DNA of 64,000 nucleotides, taken from contig JAYWIR010000025.1 in the NCBI GenBank assembly GCA_036172245.1, positions 2,418,001 through 2,482,000 on the forward strand, in the 5' to 3' direction. The first letter of the stretch is position 1. The number at the start of each line of letters is the position of its first letter. The notes below the pieces were generated by a model that saw only the letters and a list, made by a program, of their open reading frames with translations, ran no database searches and had not been told where the DNA came from. The DNA is from Raillietiella orientalis. Taxonomy: Eukaryota. Shown here in pieces: positions 34,401 to 46,699 of the stretch. Made by a program: the position numbers and the translations under genes.

Positions 34401-37375
34401 ACCTTCTCTTTCACATCCGGCGGGAGCGTCAGAAGCCTGCAGCTCGTCGACGCGCGTCCAGGCCGTTGCTGGGAGACGCCCTATCCCCCACTCCCCTCCT
34501 CCGCGCGAGGTGACGGAAGGTGGGGGGGAAAGAACCGGGACGAGGGACGGCGCAAGACGCCCAATGACCTCCTTCTCCTTACAGCGGTTATCAGAGGAGA
34601 GTCTGAGCGCGGATCACGTCCGGTCCGCGCGAGGAGAAAAGTGTGGAGTCCTTCGTGAGGATTTTCGAAAGGTCGAGAGAGGTCAAGGGAACTGGGAATA
34701 GGGGAGAGGTGCCGCCGCCTCTGCCACGGAAGAGGGGAGGGGAAACCTCTGAAGTGCGGGAAGTGGCAGCTGAGCACTGCCGACCTCCTTTCGTCCTTAT
34801 CCGGGAGGACGGATTTCTCGTGGCGCGTCCATCGGGAGAGCAGAGTCGCGGCCATCATCCTCGCTCATGCGGCGAGGGAGACCTCTGACCTATTCTTGAT
34901 AGCCCGTCTAGGGAGGAGCAGCGGGGTCACGGTCGCAGAGCCTCAAAAAAGCAGAGCTGCGCGATATGAAGTCAGGGAAAGACAAAGGGGGGGGGGGGAA
35001 GGGGGGGAGAGGTCGGCGAAGAGGAGGAAAAAAAGAGGAAGAGGAAGGAACCAGCAGCGACTTCTTCATCCAGCTCCCCCCCCTCCTTCCTGCACCTCCG
35101 ACCCATCATCACCATCCCCAACACCTCCACCAAGACCTTGCGAAGAAAGTGCCATGCAAGACTTACCCATCATCATGAACGGTGCCGCTATGTTGATGCC
35201 CACAAAGGGCATGCCACAGTAGATGATGAGTCCGAACGAAGCGGCCGTCGCCATGCCGGCGGAGATGAGTCCCAGCACTCCAAGAAAGGGCTTCGAGCGG
35301 ACAGGGTCCCTCATCATGGAGGTGGTTACACAGAAGACGATCATGATGCATATGGTGTACATCATCAGGGGAAGGACGGACATGGTGTTTCTCTCCAGCT
35401 CCAGCTCCATGGTCTTGGACGCGAACCAGGTCACGTCGATATGCTTCCAGCGATCCTTCGTCTCCTCCATCTTGTTTAGGAACTCGACCTCCCACTGGGC
35501 GCCTCTGCTCCCGGAGAAACAGAACGCACTCGTGGGGTGAGCAGCGAGCAGGGTAAGGGGGGTGGGGGAGAGAAGGCGCGATCCGTCGGGGTCCGCAGCT
35601 TGCTTCGGATCCGGAGGTGTCAGCCGGAAAACGCCGCCGTCACGGGTCAGGCGTGCCGACCGTGGGAGTGGAAGGGGGGGGGGGGAGCGTTCCTGCGCGC
35701 GCGTATCGGAGTTGAGCGGGACTCGGTGAATGACCGCCGGGTGGCCACTTTCTACCGCCGCAACCGCCACTCCGGGACTTTGCATCCTTAAGGGCTCCTC
35801 GCGCCCAGAGCCGCTGCGGGGAGATGACCACGCCATCGGATGGCGGAGCCGCGGGAGCTCCTTCGGGTTGTCAGCCCCTCCGCCCCATCTTTTCGGGGAA
35901 GAAGAAACCGCGCGGCGAAAGTAACCAGGAAGCCCCTCCGGGGAAGGGGGAGGAGGACTTCGGTCTGGGTCACGGGAACGAGGAGGGGAGGAGGAGGAGG
36001 CGCTGCGGTGGACAGGATGAGGTTCGTTCTCTTTCCTCCCTCGAGTCGGTTCGCTTCCTCAGCATTCCCAGGAGCGATAGTGTGCATCCATCCGACTAAA
36101 GGGCGAAGAGGGGGGAGGGGCGGAGGAGTGAGCTGTGACAATGCTCCTCTCGTGCCGGGATCCCCACTCGCCCGGATCCACGCTTCGAGGGAAAGGACCT
36201 TCTCCCTACCTCCCTCCATCTCCAAAGGCAACGCTCCTCCCATCTGCCCCTCGTTTTCTTGACCGCTCCGAGTCCTTCCAGAGCACGATAACGGACGGAG
36301 AGAGACAGCTCGTAGGACGGACGCCTACGAGCTGCCGCTGCAAAGGGTCCTCCGCCCGGAGGCCTCCCTCGAAAGGGGTGGGAGCGGCGATGCTCGAAGT
36401 CGACGAATTCGTCGAAAAAAAGGGCCGAAAGGAAGGGTGCGAGGGAGGTGGGAACGCAGAAAAAGAGTTCCCATTCCACTAGTTCGGAAAGCATCCGCAA
36501 GTGGCGCGCGCGCGTGGTGCAGCAGCCCGGGAAGGTTCCGCTGACCAAAGAGCCATCCAGCGGAGAGGAAAAGGGGAGGCGGGATGGATGCAACTCGTCG
36601 AGTTTCCTCCCCCTTCTCCCTTCCGGTGCCAGCCTAGAACTGCACCCTTCCCAGGAGCGGGTGCGCTCGCGAGAGACAAGGAGGGTGGTCTGGGAACTGA
36701 CCTGGTGTTTTCCTCCGCGGTGTTGGTGGCGAGGATCCACAGCAGGCTGACCGCCGCGACGGACGAGATGCGCCCGTCCTCATCCAGCTCCACGCCGCCG
36801 AAGAAGAGCGGGAGGATGTACGTTTCGAAGGAGAGGGGGTCGAACATGACCGGGTAGGTCAGCTTGTACTCCCCGGCCTCGTGCTCGGCGAGCAGATCCC
36901 TCAGGGACAGGATGTTGTTGTCGTGGCAGCGCTCCCCCTCGCGGGCGCATAGCTGGGAATAGTTGAGCCGTCGCCCGTCGGGAGCGGTGATGGCGCAGCC
37001 CTGCACCAGATCATCGATCTCCAGCAGCTCGTCCCACACGCTCTGGCGCAGCACGGAGCCCTCGTCCTTGGGCCGGACGATGACCTTAGCGAACTTGCCC
37101 AGCCGCGTGATCCGGCCCAGGTTGAAGTACCCAGAGTAGTTGAGCGGGAAGTGCTCCTCCACAGTCCTGCGCTCCTGCTTCGCCCTCCCGTTCGTCGGAG
37201 AAAAGAGGTACTCTGGGTCTTCCTCGTAGCGAAACCTCTGAAAGCCGGTGGCGCACAGGGCGGTCAGGAGCACCGGGACGATGATGAAGTGCATCGGGTG
37301 CTCGGCGATGAACACCCCTAGTCTGTACATCGCGGCCGTCAGCCGGTCGTCCACGAAGTTCATGCTGCACCCCAT
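25529..37375 (-). CDS. Ptr: Patched-related protein (Ptr / PTCHD3-like, sterol-sensing domain, RND family), whole spliced CDS, about 1025 aa
   Basis: Exons (minus) 37375-36702, 35504-35167, 32215-32015, 30876-30745, 30593-30280, 30173-29961, 26784-26572, 26521-25529 join in frame with GT-AG introns (3078 nt). Motifs: HPMHFIIVPVLLT, DPEYLFSP, SKPFLGVLG, GIGIDDTFVM (TM4 GxxxDD), EAAVSITITTITD, LDSISMINLIMCIGFSVDFSAH (TM10), HGLFLLPVLLS. An in-frame ATG at 37459 is an alternative start. Confidence 0.93.
26572..26784 (-). CDS. Ptr: Ptr coding exon 7
   Basis: tttcag|AAA; IIATRYIIQ...VSHPFFIFFDQ; donor CAA|GTATGG. Confidence 0.9.
27000..28380 (+). mobile_element. Decayed L1/Tx1-like 3' fragment in Ptr intron 6 (antisense to Ptr)
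   Basis: Thumb-like ICYSRHSFVLP...DLW...LKYPK and knuckle-like HITDFAWSCP; weak. Confidence 0.3.
28405..28439. repeat. Poly(T) tract of about 35 nt
   Basis: Direct reading. Confidence 0.95.
29961..30173 (-). CDS. Ptr: Ptr coding exon 6
   Basis: ccgcag|ATC; IIITGDLKYSDP...TESWIRTF; donor GAA|GTAAGT. Confidence 0.9.
30280..30593 (-). CDS. Ptr: Ptr coding exon 5
   Basis: ttgcag|GA; YRFFCSGG...DNREH...EGLERRKLSRYDSYS...YPYRVQ; donor CAG|GTAAA. Confidence 0.9.
30745..30876 (-). CDS. Ptr: Ptr coding exon 4
   Basis: ctccag|GA; TAVIFTYICHITFFGACMALSGYRE; donor G|GTACG. Confidence 0.88.
32015..32215 (-). CDS. Ptr: Ptr coding exon 3
   Basis: ctctag|GA ATC; GIGIDDTFVMIAAWRRT...PFPSVQIFSFYT; donor G|GTAC. 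Confidence 0.92.
35167..35504 (-). CDS. Ptr: Ptr coding exon 2 (start of sterol-sensing domain)
   Basis: AQWEVEFL...SKPFLGVLGLISA...APFMMM; donor G|GTAAGT. Confidence 0.9.
36702..37375 (-). CDS. Ptr: Ptr coding exon 1
   Basis: MGCSMNFVDDRL...TM1 and first lumenal loop; donor AG|GTCAGT. Confidence 0.88.
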
Positions 37376-39900
37376 CCTCCGTTCCTTCGCGGTGGAGCGC
37401 TGGCGGGAGTGGAGGGGAGAAGGGGAGGAGGAGGGGGACGGGCACGCGTACACGCACATTGCTGCTGCTGCTGCTGTCGTCTCTGTCGGGTCACGGGCAG
37501 CGAGCACGTCCGTAATCTCTGCTGGGTGGTCACTTGGGGGCGGGGTAAATTCTTGTCCTCGAGGTCATCGGGCAACTGTCCTCAGTTTCTGGAAAAACAG
37601 GAACACACGCTTGAGCCTTCTCAAGGGAAGGAGGGGGGAACGGAGAAGGGAAGGGGCACACCCAGTCCTCCCCTTCTCTTCCTCGCCCTCACTAGGTTCC
37701 CTCAACCCTCGCACCGGAGAAGGGGCGGCGTCCCGCGGGATTCGCAGGAAGGAGGTGGGAAGGGAGGCGACGATTTCTTTCCCCCCCCCCCCTTCTCCCT
37801 AGCAGCCCCTGGAAGGAGGGAACGCGGAGGCACTTCTTCCTGCCGAGAGGAGGGAGTCCCGGATGCTTTCCCGCGAGCCACCCCTTCCAGCTCAGCACCC
37901 GCTGCCTCGCACGACAGAGGGCTCTTAAGGAGGACGAAGGTCACGCCTGGTCACTGCACGGGCCGGCGGGTTCCTAGGCAGCCCTCCCCTCCGCCGCCGT
38001 CATCGTCTTCATGCCCTCCCCTTTCTTCCCGAGGGAAACCGGACGGGAAGGAGGAATCGTGCTGGCCTGGAACGGCAAGGTGGAAGCCGAGTCGAGGACC
38101 AACGCAGCGGCAGCCCTAGCGGGAGAAGAAGGAACTGGGCCGGGCGGAGGGCAGCGGCAGCGAGCGGGCAGGCATCCCGGCTAGAAAACTGCGTCTTTCG
38201 CGAGCCGCACACACGCACGCATGCGAGCGCGTGTCGCGACGCGGCCGAGACCCAAGACAGACGATGACGACGACCTACTTGCGGTGTCTCAGGCGCGTCC
38301 TCCCCGCGTCCTGGACCACCTTCCGAGAGATTGCAGCGCGGAGCTCCGAGCGGTGGATTCACTCCGGGCACGACGCCGGCAAAAAAAGAAGGGAGCGCCA
38401 ATGAAAGGCCCTCTTCGTGGGCGTGCCTCGGGGGCATGCGGCGGTGACTCGCCGATGGGGTCGGCTCCGAGAGTGCGCGCGCGCGTGCCGGCAGTGCCGC
38501 CGCCACAGAGGGAGCGACTGCTGCTGTCCCCGGAGATCGTTTGGGATGCCTCCCTCCTGCTTTTCCTGGGATCGGAACGGGAAAGGAATAAAATAAAAGA
38601 GGGGGGGGGGACTGTCGCGCGCACGCTCCCCCACCTCACCACCCGAGAGGAAAGCCGGCTGAACGCCCGCGCAGCTCTTGGAGCTGGTGGGCGTCCTCGA
38701 GGCGAGGAGGCCGGGGCCACGTCGAGGGGAGGATTGACACACGCGCGTCGCCAGCCGCTGCTGCCGCCGCCCGCCCCGGGCGACAGAGGTGACCCCTCCC
38801 TGCCGCACCGCTGCGGGCGGTTGCGGGCGTCTTCCGAGGCTCCTCCTTGCGGGGTCGGGTCTCGCGGGCACTCCCTCCTTTCATCGGTCGGAAGCCCCAG
38901 CCGGCCGGCCTTTCCAGCCCGGGGGTGACGCAACTCGACCCGCGGGGGGTGGGGCGAGGGGGGCGGGATGAAAAGTGAAAGCCAAGGACGGGTGCGAAGG
39001 GAGGGAGGGAGGGGGGGAAGCGCGCTAGCCCTCCGAGGGAGAAGCGGCCGGTGGTTTCCTTTCCTCCGTCTTCGTTCTTCCCCGCCCCACACACGAGAGA
39101 GAAAGAAATGGGAGAAGGGATAGGGAGAGGTGCAGCCATCTCCTGCTTTGGGTGCTTCCGCAGCAGATGGGACTGCCCCTGGTTCTCTCCCCCTGCCCGA
39201 TCCATCCAGGAGACGGCTGCGTACGCCACCTGTGCATCGGTAGGCACCCGCTACTCTTCCGGTCGGGAAGCTCCGCACAGAAATGGCGAGCAAACGCTCC
39301 ACGGGGGGCATCCGTCCGCGCAAGCTGCGCGCGCAGCCCCTCTCTCCCACCTTTCGGTGCCGTGTGGGAGCGCCCGCACAGGTCTTTCCTGTTGCCTCGA
39401 TCTGGGAACGCATGCCACGCGCGATCTCGCGCCCCTTTCCTGCCACTCCCAGCAAGCGGCGCGCATCGCGAAGGGGGGAGAGGGGATCTTGCGGAGGCGG
39501 AAGCGGGTGAGACAGTGAAGAGCGAGGCGGAGGGAAGGGATGGGGGAGAGAGGAGTTGGGGTGAGGGGAGGAACGCGCGGAAGTCGCCGGCGCTGCCGCT
39601 GCTTACCTGTTGGCTGCTGCCGCTGGGGGAAGAGGAAGGAGGAGGGCAGGTAGGCGTCGGGGCGGCGGTGTCAGTCGGCGTCGTCAGGGTCGTCGGGGCG
39701 GATCCTCCTCCTCCTCCTCCACGCTCCGGCGGTGGGGGGGACAGGGCAGAAGGGGCCACGCGGAGCATCGGCAGGCTGCAGCGGCCTCTGCGAACGCCTG
39801 CGTCGGGCGACTGGCGGACGAATGGCCGCCGCCGCAGTGTTTCCCACCCGGCTCGCTCGCTTCGTGCCGATGAGGTCACTGCGAGCTTTGGAGGGTCACG
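37376..39900 (-). promoter_or_regulatory. Probable Ptr 5' UTR: acceptor at 37588, intron 37589-39606, non-coding exon ending at 39607
   Basis: Strong acceptor tgttcctgtttttccag|A and consensus donor CAG|GTAAGC on the minus strand. The transcription start is not determinable, so the upper bound is approximate. Confidence 0.45.
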
Positions 39901-42900
39901 TGATTCCCTCTCTCTCCCTCCCCCCCCCTTCCTTTTCGCTCTGCCCCGCGCGATCGCTCGTAAGCGATCGCGCGGGGCAGAGCGAGCGAGCAGGAGGGAT
40001 AGCGACAGATCACCGTGGCGCAACGTGGCGGTTCCTACCCCTCCCTACCCGGGGAAGAAGGGGAGAGGACGAAGGAGCCAAAACAATAAAAGCAGGGAAA
40101 AAAAAAAGAGAAAGAAAGAAAAGAAAGAAACAACAAAAAAAAAATGACATGTAGCCTTCTCTTCCTCCCCTCGCGTCCCCTTCGGAGCTGCGTGACCTCT
40201 CCACCGTTGCCGCCTAGCAGGAAGGTGGAGATCCCCACTGGGGAGCAGGAGGAAGGGAATGGAAGAGCTCCTCCGTTCAGCCCCTGCGTGCGCGCTCTTT
40301 CTGGGGAAGGGGAGATCAACTCCGAGGGCGCCCGCCCGGCAGTCGGAGGGAAAAAGAGCCTTTGGCAGCGAAATCTCTTTACCATCTCTGGACCAGCGAA
40401 ACGTGGCGCGCCTGTCCCGTGTCCACCGCCGTTTCGCTGGCAAGACGCTGCGTCCGTCCGGAGAGTGCCCGATGGGAAGGTCAGTCTCGCGAGCCGACTT
40501 CAGAGGAGACGAGTGCGGCGGAGGTGCGGGAACGGCAGGAGACCGGTCCGATTGCACTTCCGCTGCTCCTCTTTCCCTGCTCTTTCTCCACCCACCATTC
40601 GCTCGCTGCCACCGAACCCGTCCCAGCCCCGTCGTCCCGGATGGGGCCATCGAGGAGGGCGGGCGCTGGTCCACGCCATCACCCGAGGGCCCCGGCAGCT
40701 TCAGAGAACCTTCGGAGGGAAGCGAAGATCCGCCTGGAGCCAAGCGGGGACCTGCTGGCTGCCATAGCGGAGCGGCCGCGGACCCCAACGGTCGAGGTGC
40801 GTGCGCGCGCGAGGGGGTAGCTCCGGCCAAGGTCTTCGACTTTCCTGCGGGGGAGAGAAATGGCACCACTGAGGGCGTTTCCCTGTTGCCCTGGCTGCCA
40901 GGGTCGATCGTCGGAGACCATGAGGCGGGCAGCCTCTTCAAACGCCGTCCCCGGGTTTGTTGGCAGTCCATGTCCTCCTCCACTTTCTCACCCGCTTTGG
41001 CCTTCAGGCCAATCGTCCTGCGCGCGCCCCATCCGCCTTAACCTCGGTCTCCCTCCCTGCCTGCCATTGCGCCCGTCCATCTCGACCTTGACATCCCGCC
41101 CACGCACCGCCACGCCATTTTCGCAATGCCTCGGTTGCGCTCGAGAGGCAGCGCAAGGGCAAGGAGGCAGGGGACACAGCCCTACGGACGACTTCTCCTT
41201 GACCCTCGAACCTCGCGTGTCCTCCCTACAGGGAGTTCCCTGAGCACATTCGAAAGGTTTGGCACGGGACTTCCCTTCACAGTGGTCCTGCCGGCACTGC
41301 TGTCGTGAGGGTCACGGTGGACATCGCCCTCTCCCTGCCGTCCCTGGAGTCTCCGAGGAGGATCCCTTGGAACGCTTCCGCAACTCGGCGACGGAGGAAG
41401 CGCTTTCTCCTGAAGCGGAGACGAGGAAGGGAGGGGGGGGTTAGGTTTCCTGGTACCCAGATCCCGCGGGAAGCGCGGCACCCTCCATGCGATCCTGAAC
41501 TGGATGTTGCACCACGGAGACCTTCGTGCCTTCGTGGTTCCTGCATCCAGGTGCGCGCACACGGACCGCAGTGCGAAGAGTCCGCACTGGAGGCGCCATC
41601 GACCTCGAAGTAGGGCGCGACTCTTGCTGTTTTATTTGTTTTTTTTTTCCTTTTTCCTTCTTCTTCTGCAACGCCCTCAGGGGGTGGGAAAAAAAACACA
41701 CACACACACACGCAAGAAAACGGCGAAAAGAATCTTCCGTGATGAGCCCGGAAGGCAACTCGGCCGGAGGAAGGAGAGAACGTAGCGTCGCCTTCGTGGA
41801 GACAGGAAAAGGAAAAAAGGGAGGGTCTTCAGAAAACGCCCCGTAGTCTTGCTTGTCATCTCCTTCCTCTCCTCCTCCCCTCCGAACGAGAGGGGCTAGC
41901 GGAACGGGCGGGAGGGTGGGGGGAAGTCGCCGTCCCCAGAATGGCGCCGGGCGCACCGGACCCAGCTGCAAATGGCGGCCTGCTGATGCTCCGAAGGCGT
42001 CTCGGAATTCGAAAGAGAAGAGGGGAGGGGAATCACAAGAAGAGAAGCGGAGGGAAAGGGGGAGAAAGGGAAGAGACGACGCAAGGGAAGTCCTTTACGC
42101 CCTTCCTTCCTGGCTCTGAAACCCCACGAGGGACTCGCCCTCCCCTTTAGAGCGGAAAAGTTTCTGGAGATGCACCGCTTGCCTCACCGACTGGCTCCCG
42201 CAACCGAAACTTCCATTCGGAAGTTCTCACCCGCTCTGAGCCCCTCTGGGGAGGAGGTGGAGGGGGAAATTCCCCCACGTTCGAGTTCCTCCCTCCTTAG
42301 AAGCGTCCTCTTTTACTTCCCCCGCGAGCCAGGGAAGAGTCCATGTCTTCCCCCACCTGCTCCCGCTCCGTTCCCAGTCTTCCGGTCCCTAACCGGGAAG
42401 CCTCAACTTCTGCGTATCCCCCGCCGGCTTCCTTTCATCCCTTTTCGGGGGCGTCTCCTTCCTGGCTTGGCGGGAGGAGTTCCTCTTGGGCACCGACCCC
42501 AAGGGCTCTTCGGGCGATGGCGGTGGCGGCGGCAGCGTTGCTGGAGGAAGCGGGAAAGGGGAAGGGAACAGGAGGAAGAGGGGCGGAGGAACCTGCCTCG
42601 GTGATTCCGGAGAGAGACGCCGCCATTTTCTCCTCCATTCCCCTCGCAATGAGCGCACTTCCCCGCATCGGCACCCACGTTAACAGGAAAAAGGGGGGGA
42701 AAGGAGAGAAGAAAAGCTCACATCTAAGGTCAGCGGTCGGGTTGACCTTTTGCGCTTCGCGCGGGTCTCCTGGGTCACGTTCGGGGCGCGCCCTCACGAT
42801 GGGTGGCCAGCCTCAGGCACCCCTCTTTTCTCTCCTGCATCCCCGATGCTTCTCTTCATTTTCCCCTTCCCCAGACTCTCGAAGAAAAACTCGCAGTGAG

Positions 42901-43299
42901 GAAGGAGGGAGGAGGAAAGGGAGGGTCTACCCCACCTCCCTTCCGTGTTCCCGAGAGGAGAAACCTCAATACCGAAAGACGTGGGAGAAGGAAGGGAAAG
43001 GAAGAGGCTGCTGGCCCAGGACCCGGTTGCCCTACGACAGACGCTCCCCCAGGGTCCCTGATGTTCCCATGGCTACTTACATGGCTACCGGACCATGAAC
43101 AGGAAGACTGTGCAGAAACGATCCGGTCTTGCCAAGGGTTGCATCAGGCGACCCCTCCACGCATTGTCCCCGAGGCTGGCTTTCGGACAGCTGTCCTTTG
43201 CGAGCTGCTTCTGGACGCGAGGAGGGGGCGCTCCTTTGAATGAGACGGGGAACATGGCGTACCAAACCCGTCTCCCGTCCCCTCCCCTTCTCCCTATGC

Positions 43300-45450
43300 C
43301 ATTCCGGAATGTCACGGGAAGCCGAAGACGGGGAACTTCAAGGACACGAAGCGAATCTCCGCGAAATGCCGCTTCTGCTCTGTTTCGATGAATGCTACGA
43401 GAAAGGATCCTGCATCTACATCCGAAGTCATGGCGCCGTCAGCGTGCACCTCCTGCCGCACGCCTCATCAACCCTGGAGATACCGGGAAAAAAGGGTCCT
43501 TGCCGACGAGCTTTCGGTTCTCGTCGAAACGGAGTCTAGGGGTGGTGGTGGCGAGGGCTGGGGGAGGGGGGACGGTTGAACCCGAAGGTCTCCCTGGGGA
43601 AGAGAAGGGAGGGAAGAGAAGGAAAAGAGGAGGACGAAGGGGGGGAGGAGGTGAGAAAGCGATGATGACTGTGCGCCAGAGAGAGTCAAGAAGAGGGGCA
43701 GCGGCGAAGACATTCCTTTATCATGCTGAGCTCCCCTGCCTTCCAATCGGACGGTGGCCGTCGCTGCTCTTGTCGGCGGCTGTGACGTCAACGCTTGAGC
43801 ATTCCCATGAACTTTCAAGGTGCTTGCCTTCCACAGACGTAAGCAGCAGCCATTTACGCTCTCACGAACTTAATGGAGGTTTGCCCCCATGTGGGTGGAA
43901 GGGAGAACCCTCTGACCTCGCTGTTGCTCACGTTGGCACCAGCAAGCAGCCTGCAGAAGGAGGAAGTGGCCGGAGTCGGGATGCTTCCCTCAGGAATTAG
44001 GCAAGGAGCGGATGAGAGCGACTCCGCAGACTCCGTTCTTCCGAGCCCAGTCGAGAAAGAAACCTCTCGAAGAGAGAACTCCAGAGGACCGGAGGCAGGC
44101 GGCTAGAGAATACTCCGAGCAAGGAAGGAGGAACGCACAAGCTGTGGAGTAAGAACAAGGAGACGAGTGTGGAGAGTGCGTGCATGTGTGGAGGTCCACG
44201 CATGCGTCCAGTCGTCTCCCGTTTCCCGGTCCGTTGGCCGTCCTCAATCCGTGAAGTGGGTGGCCAGCCGTTCCGGGAGAGGCTGCGCACCTTCGGCGTC
44301 GCGCGATGGCCCTACCGCACCGAAGAAGGGACAATTACGGGCAGGCGGGCCGGCACCAAGTCAGCGATGCCAATCGGAAGAAGTGGTGGTGGCTGCCTCC
44401 AGAGGCCTGCAGGGCCTCGCGCGCTCGATCCGGAGCACGAGAGACCGTCCGAGCGCTGCGGGCGTGCCGCGGCCTCCCTCCACAGACGGGACTACCACTG
44501 TTGCTGCCCACACTCCGGCCGCCGACTGCTTCCCCCCTCCTCACTGCTGCCATTCCCGACTTCGGCTCCCCAGCACGAAAGACTCGGGCGTGAGGGAGGG
44601 ACCCGGGTACGGCCGCCGATTCCGGCAGGAGGCGGCGGCGCGGAGGTCGCTCCCTCCCTTTCGCTTTCCTTTCCACGTGTGCCAGGAGGCAGCGGCCCGC
44701 GTGCGTCCCGGGGGCGCCACCTACGCAGGTGCGGCGGCATCGGCGGCACCTCGGACGGAAGCCGCGGACTCGAAGACCACCCCGGCAGGAACCCTCGTCC
44801 TCCTCGCCTTCAGAACGAGGAATTCACCCTCTATGGAGACGGAGAGGACCGCGGCGTGGGCGTCTTCCCGGAGCGGGATTTCCTGCTTTCCGGGAGGACG
44901 AGCGCCGGGGTCTGGGAGGGACGGCGCAGGATCGCTGCGCGTGGCAGCCGCAACGGGTTCCCGGAGCTCTCCCTTGGAAGCGAGCGTCCGTTCGCTCACT
45001 CATCCGTGGCTGAGGTCCACGGAACAGCAAAGAGGCTGGTGGACCGCGCCGAAGAAAGAGAAAGGGGTCCGCCTCTCGCGGCCTTTTGCTGAGTTGGGGT
45101 CGGCCGGAGCCGGCCCGCTCGCGATGGGGCTCGGGTGACGAAAGTCGAAGGGGACACGAACAGCCGGGAAAGTGGAAACCTCCGCAGCCCTCGGCCCGGT
45201 GGAATACTTTCTCTGGATTTTACCCGACCAGCTCACACCTCGCGTCCAGAGAGACCACACGAGTTCTCGCTCCGCTCATCCTCGGAGGCGGTCGTCGGAA
45301 GACCTTGGCGCGTGCGCTTCGGATCGGCGAACACTTTCAGCACATCACTTTCTTGCAGAGAAGGCGGCCTGGCGGACGGGAGAATTCCGAAACACCGAAA
45401 GGTCCAGCGAATCGCGACCCAGGGCATCCGGCTATTCATCAGGCAAGAAG
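43300..45450 (+). mobile_element. Fossil hAT-superfamily transposase
   Basis: Ordered remnants in shifting frames: ISAKCRFC (BED finger, about 43360), LPIGRWPS...AVT (LTxDxWxS, about 43750), RACVEVH (CxxH, about 44180), VARWPY (TRW, about 44300), W...FYPTSSHLA...SS...NTFS (C-terminal dimerisation domain, about 45200-45350). No TIRs recognised. Confidence 0.5.
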
Positions 45451-46699
45451 AAGAAGATCAGGAAGAAGAAAAAAGTCTCGGAGACTTCCGGTGTTTCCGC
45501 CTAGAAACCTGGAAGTGGACGCGAGTAGCTTAGCGACGCTTTTCTCAGCTTACGCTTGGCGTGACTGAGCTTCTCCTTGATCTCCGTTCTTGCATGGCTC
45601 CCCACCCTTCTCCCCGATTCGTCCCTCTGTCCGAGGATTGCAGGTTGAGTCGCACCTTCAGGTAACCGGGAAGCGCGTGCCCGAACACCGTACTTCCCTG
45701 TGATTGTGCGTGCTGCGCATGGGAAGCACTACACCACCTTCCGCGTAACTAGGGAAATGCAGCCACCGAGCTTCTCAAGCACCCATCTCTCTCGTAAACG
45801 CAACCGACCATCAAGTCTTCCTACGAAGTGCCCGGTCTCAACTCTCTGTGCGCCAGCAAGCGATACAGAGACTGGGCAGTCGAACGGAGATAGCGCAGCT
45901 GAAACGGGTCGCCGTCCTTTCCGGGAGACGCGGCGCACCTTCCACGTCTTCGGCAGCGCCCACGATGCCCGGTATGCCCGTAGGCCTCTTCCCGACCGGC
46001 AGAACGCTGGAGAGGACCAGCCCGAAACCCCAAGGCGACCGACCCGGAAGCATCGGCTCTGAGACGCGCGCACCTACGGCACACTGGAGCCGCCGACGGA
46101 ACAGAAGGTCGCACGCGCCAACCTCGCCACCACCGCGCATCAACAGCCGAGGTGACGCGCACCAACAGGCGTGGCGAGCGGAAGGTCGAGACAAACGGGA
46201 CCGCCGACCTCCTTCTCCCTGCAGCTTCGGCAGCAGCGCGGCCCTCCTCCCGGCCAACGAACAGCGGCCGCTCTTCGCTCCTTCCTCTGCGGCGAAGAAC
46301 GGGAGTGTTCGGGTGGTGAGGTGAGGACGAGGGGGAGCGGGACCCGGCACCTCTTCGCCTTCGCAGACCTCGCGCGGATTTTTCGCGATGGTCGCTTCGG
46401 CCGCGGCGCAGTCGAAAGATACGGAGGGCATACCTGCCCCGCGGCGTGGACAGAACACGTTCGCGGTCTCTGAACGGAGGGGAGACGGGCGTGAGATGGG
46501 ATGAACGCGCGCGCGCTGGACCGTCGAATCCCGCCGTGACCTGACGAAAATGGCCCTCCGAACCGAAAGGTTCAGCGAATGGGCGAGCTTTCGGTGGGAG
46601 AGCGTCGCAGGTCAACAGCGCATCAAACGACTTCCGCTCTCGACTGAGCGGAGTAACTCCATGTGGTGCGTCCTCGCGACCCAGCGTAGCGCGGTGTGG

